Assembly: GCF_040938485.1 (NCBI RefSeq)
Contig: NW_027270921.1
Span: 868,001 to 932,000, forward strand
Source: Diadema antillarum
Lineage: Eukaryota
Direction of reading: 5' to 3'
Length of the DNA stretch: 64,000 nucleotides
How positions within the stretch are numbered: position 1 is the first letter of the stretch; the number at the start of each line of letters is the position of its first letter. Positions 62,074-64,000 of this stretch are shown piece by piece. Both the position numbers and the translations under genes were made by a program. Under the pieces are notes generated by a model. It saw only the letters and a program-made list of their open reading frames with translations, had not been told where the DNA came from and ran no database searches.

Positions 62074-62280
62074 CTGTAAAACAAGGAATGTTCTCCTGCA
62101 TTTTAATTTCGCGCATTTCACGAGTGGCAACATTTGCGAAATTAAAATGTGTGCGAAAGTTCTTGCCTACACAATATATATAGGATGCCAGAGGCAAGTC
62201 ACAAAAAATTCATGCTGTGAGAAAGGTCGTCAGCTCCATTTCGTGAAATTTTCATGCAGCAAATATATCATGTTTTACAG
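62074..62280. mobile_element. MITE family B copy
   Basis: TA|CTGTAAAACAAGG ... ATGTTTTACAG; same orientation as 655-861. Right TA is mutated to AA. Confidence 0.78.
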
Positions 62281-63703
62281 AACATCAACCACATCCATGA
62301 ACATTAAGATTTAACTTGGAGAGACTTTAGAGATCCAGATGTCAAGAAATTAACCTGCGACTCTCTCCGTTAAGTAGTGAGCTGCGTCAGTGGCAAGTAC
62401 TGTAATTCATTCCTGTCTCTGTTCTCTGGCTGGTTGAACAAATTTTGCGATGGTCCCAAAATGATCGGCACGGAGTACAGGAAAGATCTCTGGTATGGAT
62501 TCCACATCCGGGAGTCACAAATGTCACAATAGGTTACCTCAACAGCCAGAGTGACAAACCGCGTACAACGTGAGAGCTGTGGTTTCGGTTCTCTGCCGAC
62601 TGGGGAGAAATACGAGGAAGAAAAGAAGAAGAAGAAAAAGAAAAAAAAGAGAGAGAGAAATGTTTCCGATTTACAGAACCGAACCTCTGACAACCGTCCC
62701 TGACAAGCTGGTGCGAGAGAGAGACTGTCGCAGGGCCGCGATCTCTTATCGGTTCGTCTTGTTGGGACTATTTATTCATTTCCCTGGAGCGAGGGATGTC
62801 TGAATAAGAGCTGACAGCCGCGTTGTCGGGTCCCCATTACAGCACTTCCTACTCCCATTACACTGGCACGAGACGCACTGTCTTCACATAGATGTGTGTA
62901 CGTATACGCGAGCAGGGAATTACCTTTTCGAGGTACAGCCAGAGAAAGGGTTAGCATTTATATCTTAGCTTTTAATCCAGATAAATTCATCTGCAAGGAA
63001 ATTTCAAGATAAGTAGTCTGTACAATTATACAGTATGTACATTTTGGACTTATTATGAAAACAAAATATAAGATGTAATACTTCATGATAGATAGATATT
63101 TCCTGTGAACCAGATTTTGAAAAAAAGGGCAGACAAGGTACATTTTTTTCCTCCCTGATGCATTCAATATCATGTTCAAAGAGGAACTTCATTCTGCTTC
63201 AAGGCCATGTGAAGTTTTAGGGAAATTCCCTTATTCTTTTATTCTTATTACGTTTATTTGCCAGTTGTAGTTTGTGTGGTTAATGCCACATTTATATAGA
63301 ATATTTATTTGGTCTGACTCTTACAGTGATTGATAGTACAAATATGAAAATTAACTAATTATGAAAAAAAAATAATGTTCATAGATGCATGAAAAATCAT
63401 TATTCTCCCCAGCATGTATCTGTAGTACATGGTTGTATAAAGTTTGTGCACTTCTTTTTTAGGTGTACACAATCCTGTATTTATTGCACAATAATCTAAT
63501 CAACACACCTTTAAATTGTACGTTCTGACTTGTAGTTTTATAGTGAATTTAGCATTTACTTTTAATAGGGGAAGCATTGTGCTGTGTGTAACTACTGTGC
63601 ATACACTTTATTTCAGAATGTGAAGGATTGGTACAATTATTGTAGTGAGGTGGTTTTTCTTTTTCCCGCAAATTCTGTGAATCAGGTGCTATGGAAATGT
63701 TAA

Positions 63704-64000
63704 AGGGATGGTACAGTATTGGTGGAGAAGAGAATTTGGGCTTTTAACTTTTTGCGAGATACCAAGAAAACACATGATATAGTACAGAGCATACCATTTT
63801 AAGAGGAATTCACAGTTTATATGATGAAAATTGGGTTTGGAATGACTGAAACATCCAAAACAAAGTAAAACAAAGCAATCGCAATAAAGTGTGGGTCCCA
63901 CACCATATCAGAATTGCTATTTTTTTGATATCTCGGCCATTTCAAAACCAATTTTCATCAAATAAACATTGAATTCCTCATAGAATTACGTGCTCTTTCA
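63704..64000. mobile_element. MITE family C copy running off the right edge
   Basis: TTAA|AGGGATGGTACAGTATTGGTGGAGA.. with the family interior (GATATCTCGGCCATTTCAAAACCAATTTTCATCAAATAAACATTG). Confidence 0.78.

Noticed and set aside
62380-62960. CpG-containing, purine-rich segment with Lys/Glu-rich open frames
   Set aside because: The frames rely on an (AAG)n/(AG)n tract and lack convincing splice sites. It could be regulatory, but I have no supporting evidence.

Overview
Eukaryotic, intron-rich, AT-rich animal DNA. I infer a marine invertebrate deuterostome (sea-urchin-like), with low confidence on the taxon. Three spliced genes can be reconstructed by hand from GT-AG boundaries with consistent phases. 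(1) MAPKAPK5/MK5 on the minus strand: 5 coding exons, running off the left edge. (2) A complete TMEM17 on the plus strand: 4 exons, 206 aa, head-to-head with MK5. (3) An ODAD1(CCDC114)/CCDC63-family outer-dynein-arm docking gene on the plus strand: 9 exons, exon 7 cut by an N gap. A fourth, unidentified gene has an acidic first coding exon at 33403-33609, and I could not confidently place any later exon in the remaining 30 kb. Non-coding DNA is dense with non-autonomous DNA transposons (TA-, TTAA-, TTA- and 5-bp-TSD types), including two nested insertions and two long foldbacks. Also present: a head-to-head duplicated Penelope-like retroelement fragment (GIY-YIG endonuclease) with decayed minimal hammerhead ribozymes, an array of ~50-bp palindromic units, a tRNA-derived SINE head and RFX X-box clusters. 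There are two assembly gaps. I found no prokaryotic-type system and no CRISPR array. All alignments and counts were made by eye; no database searches were run.
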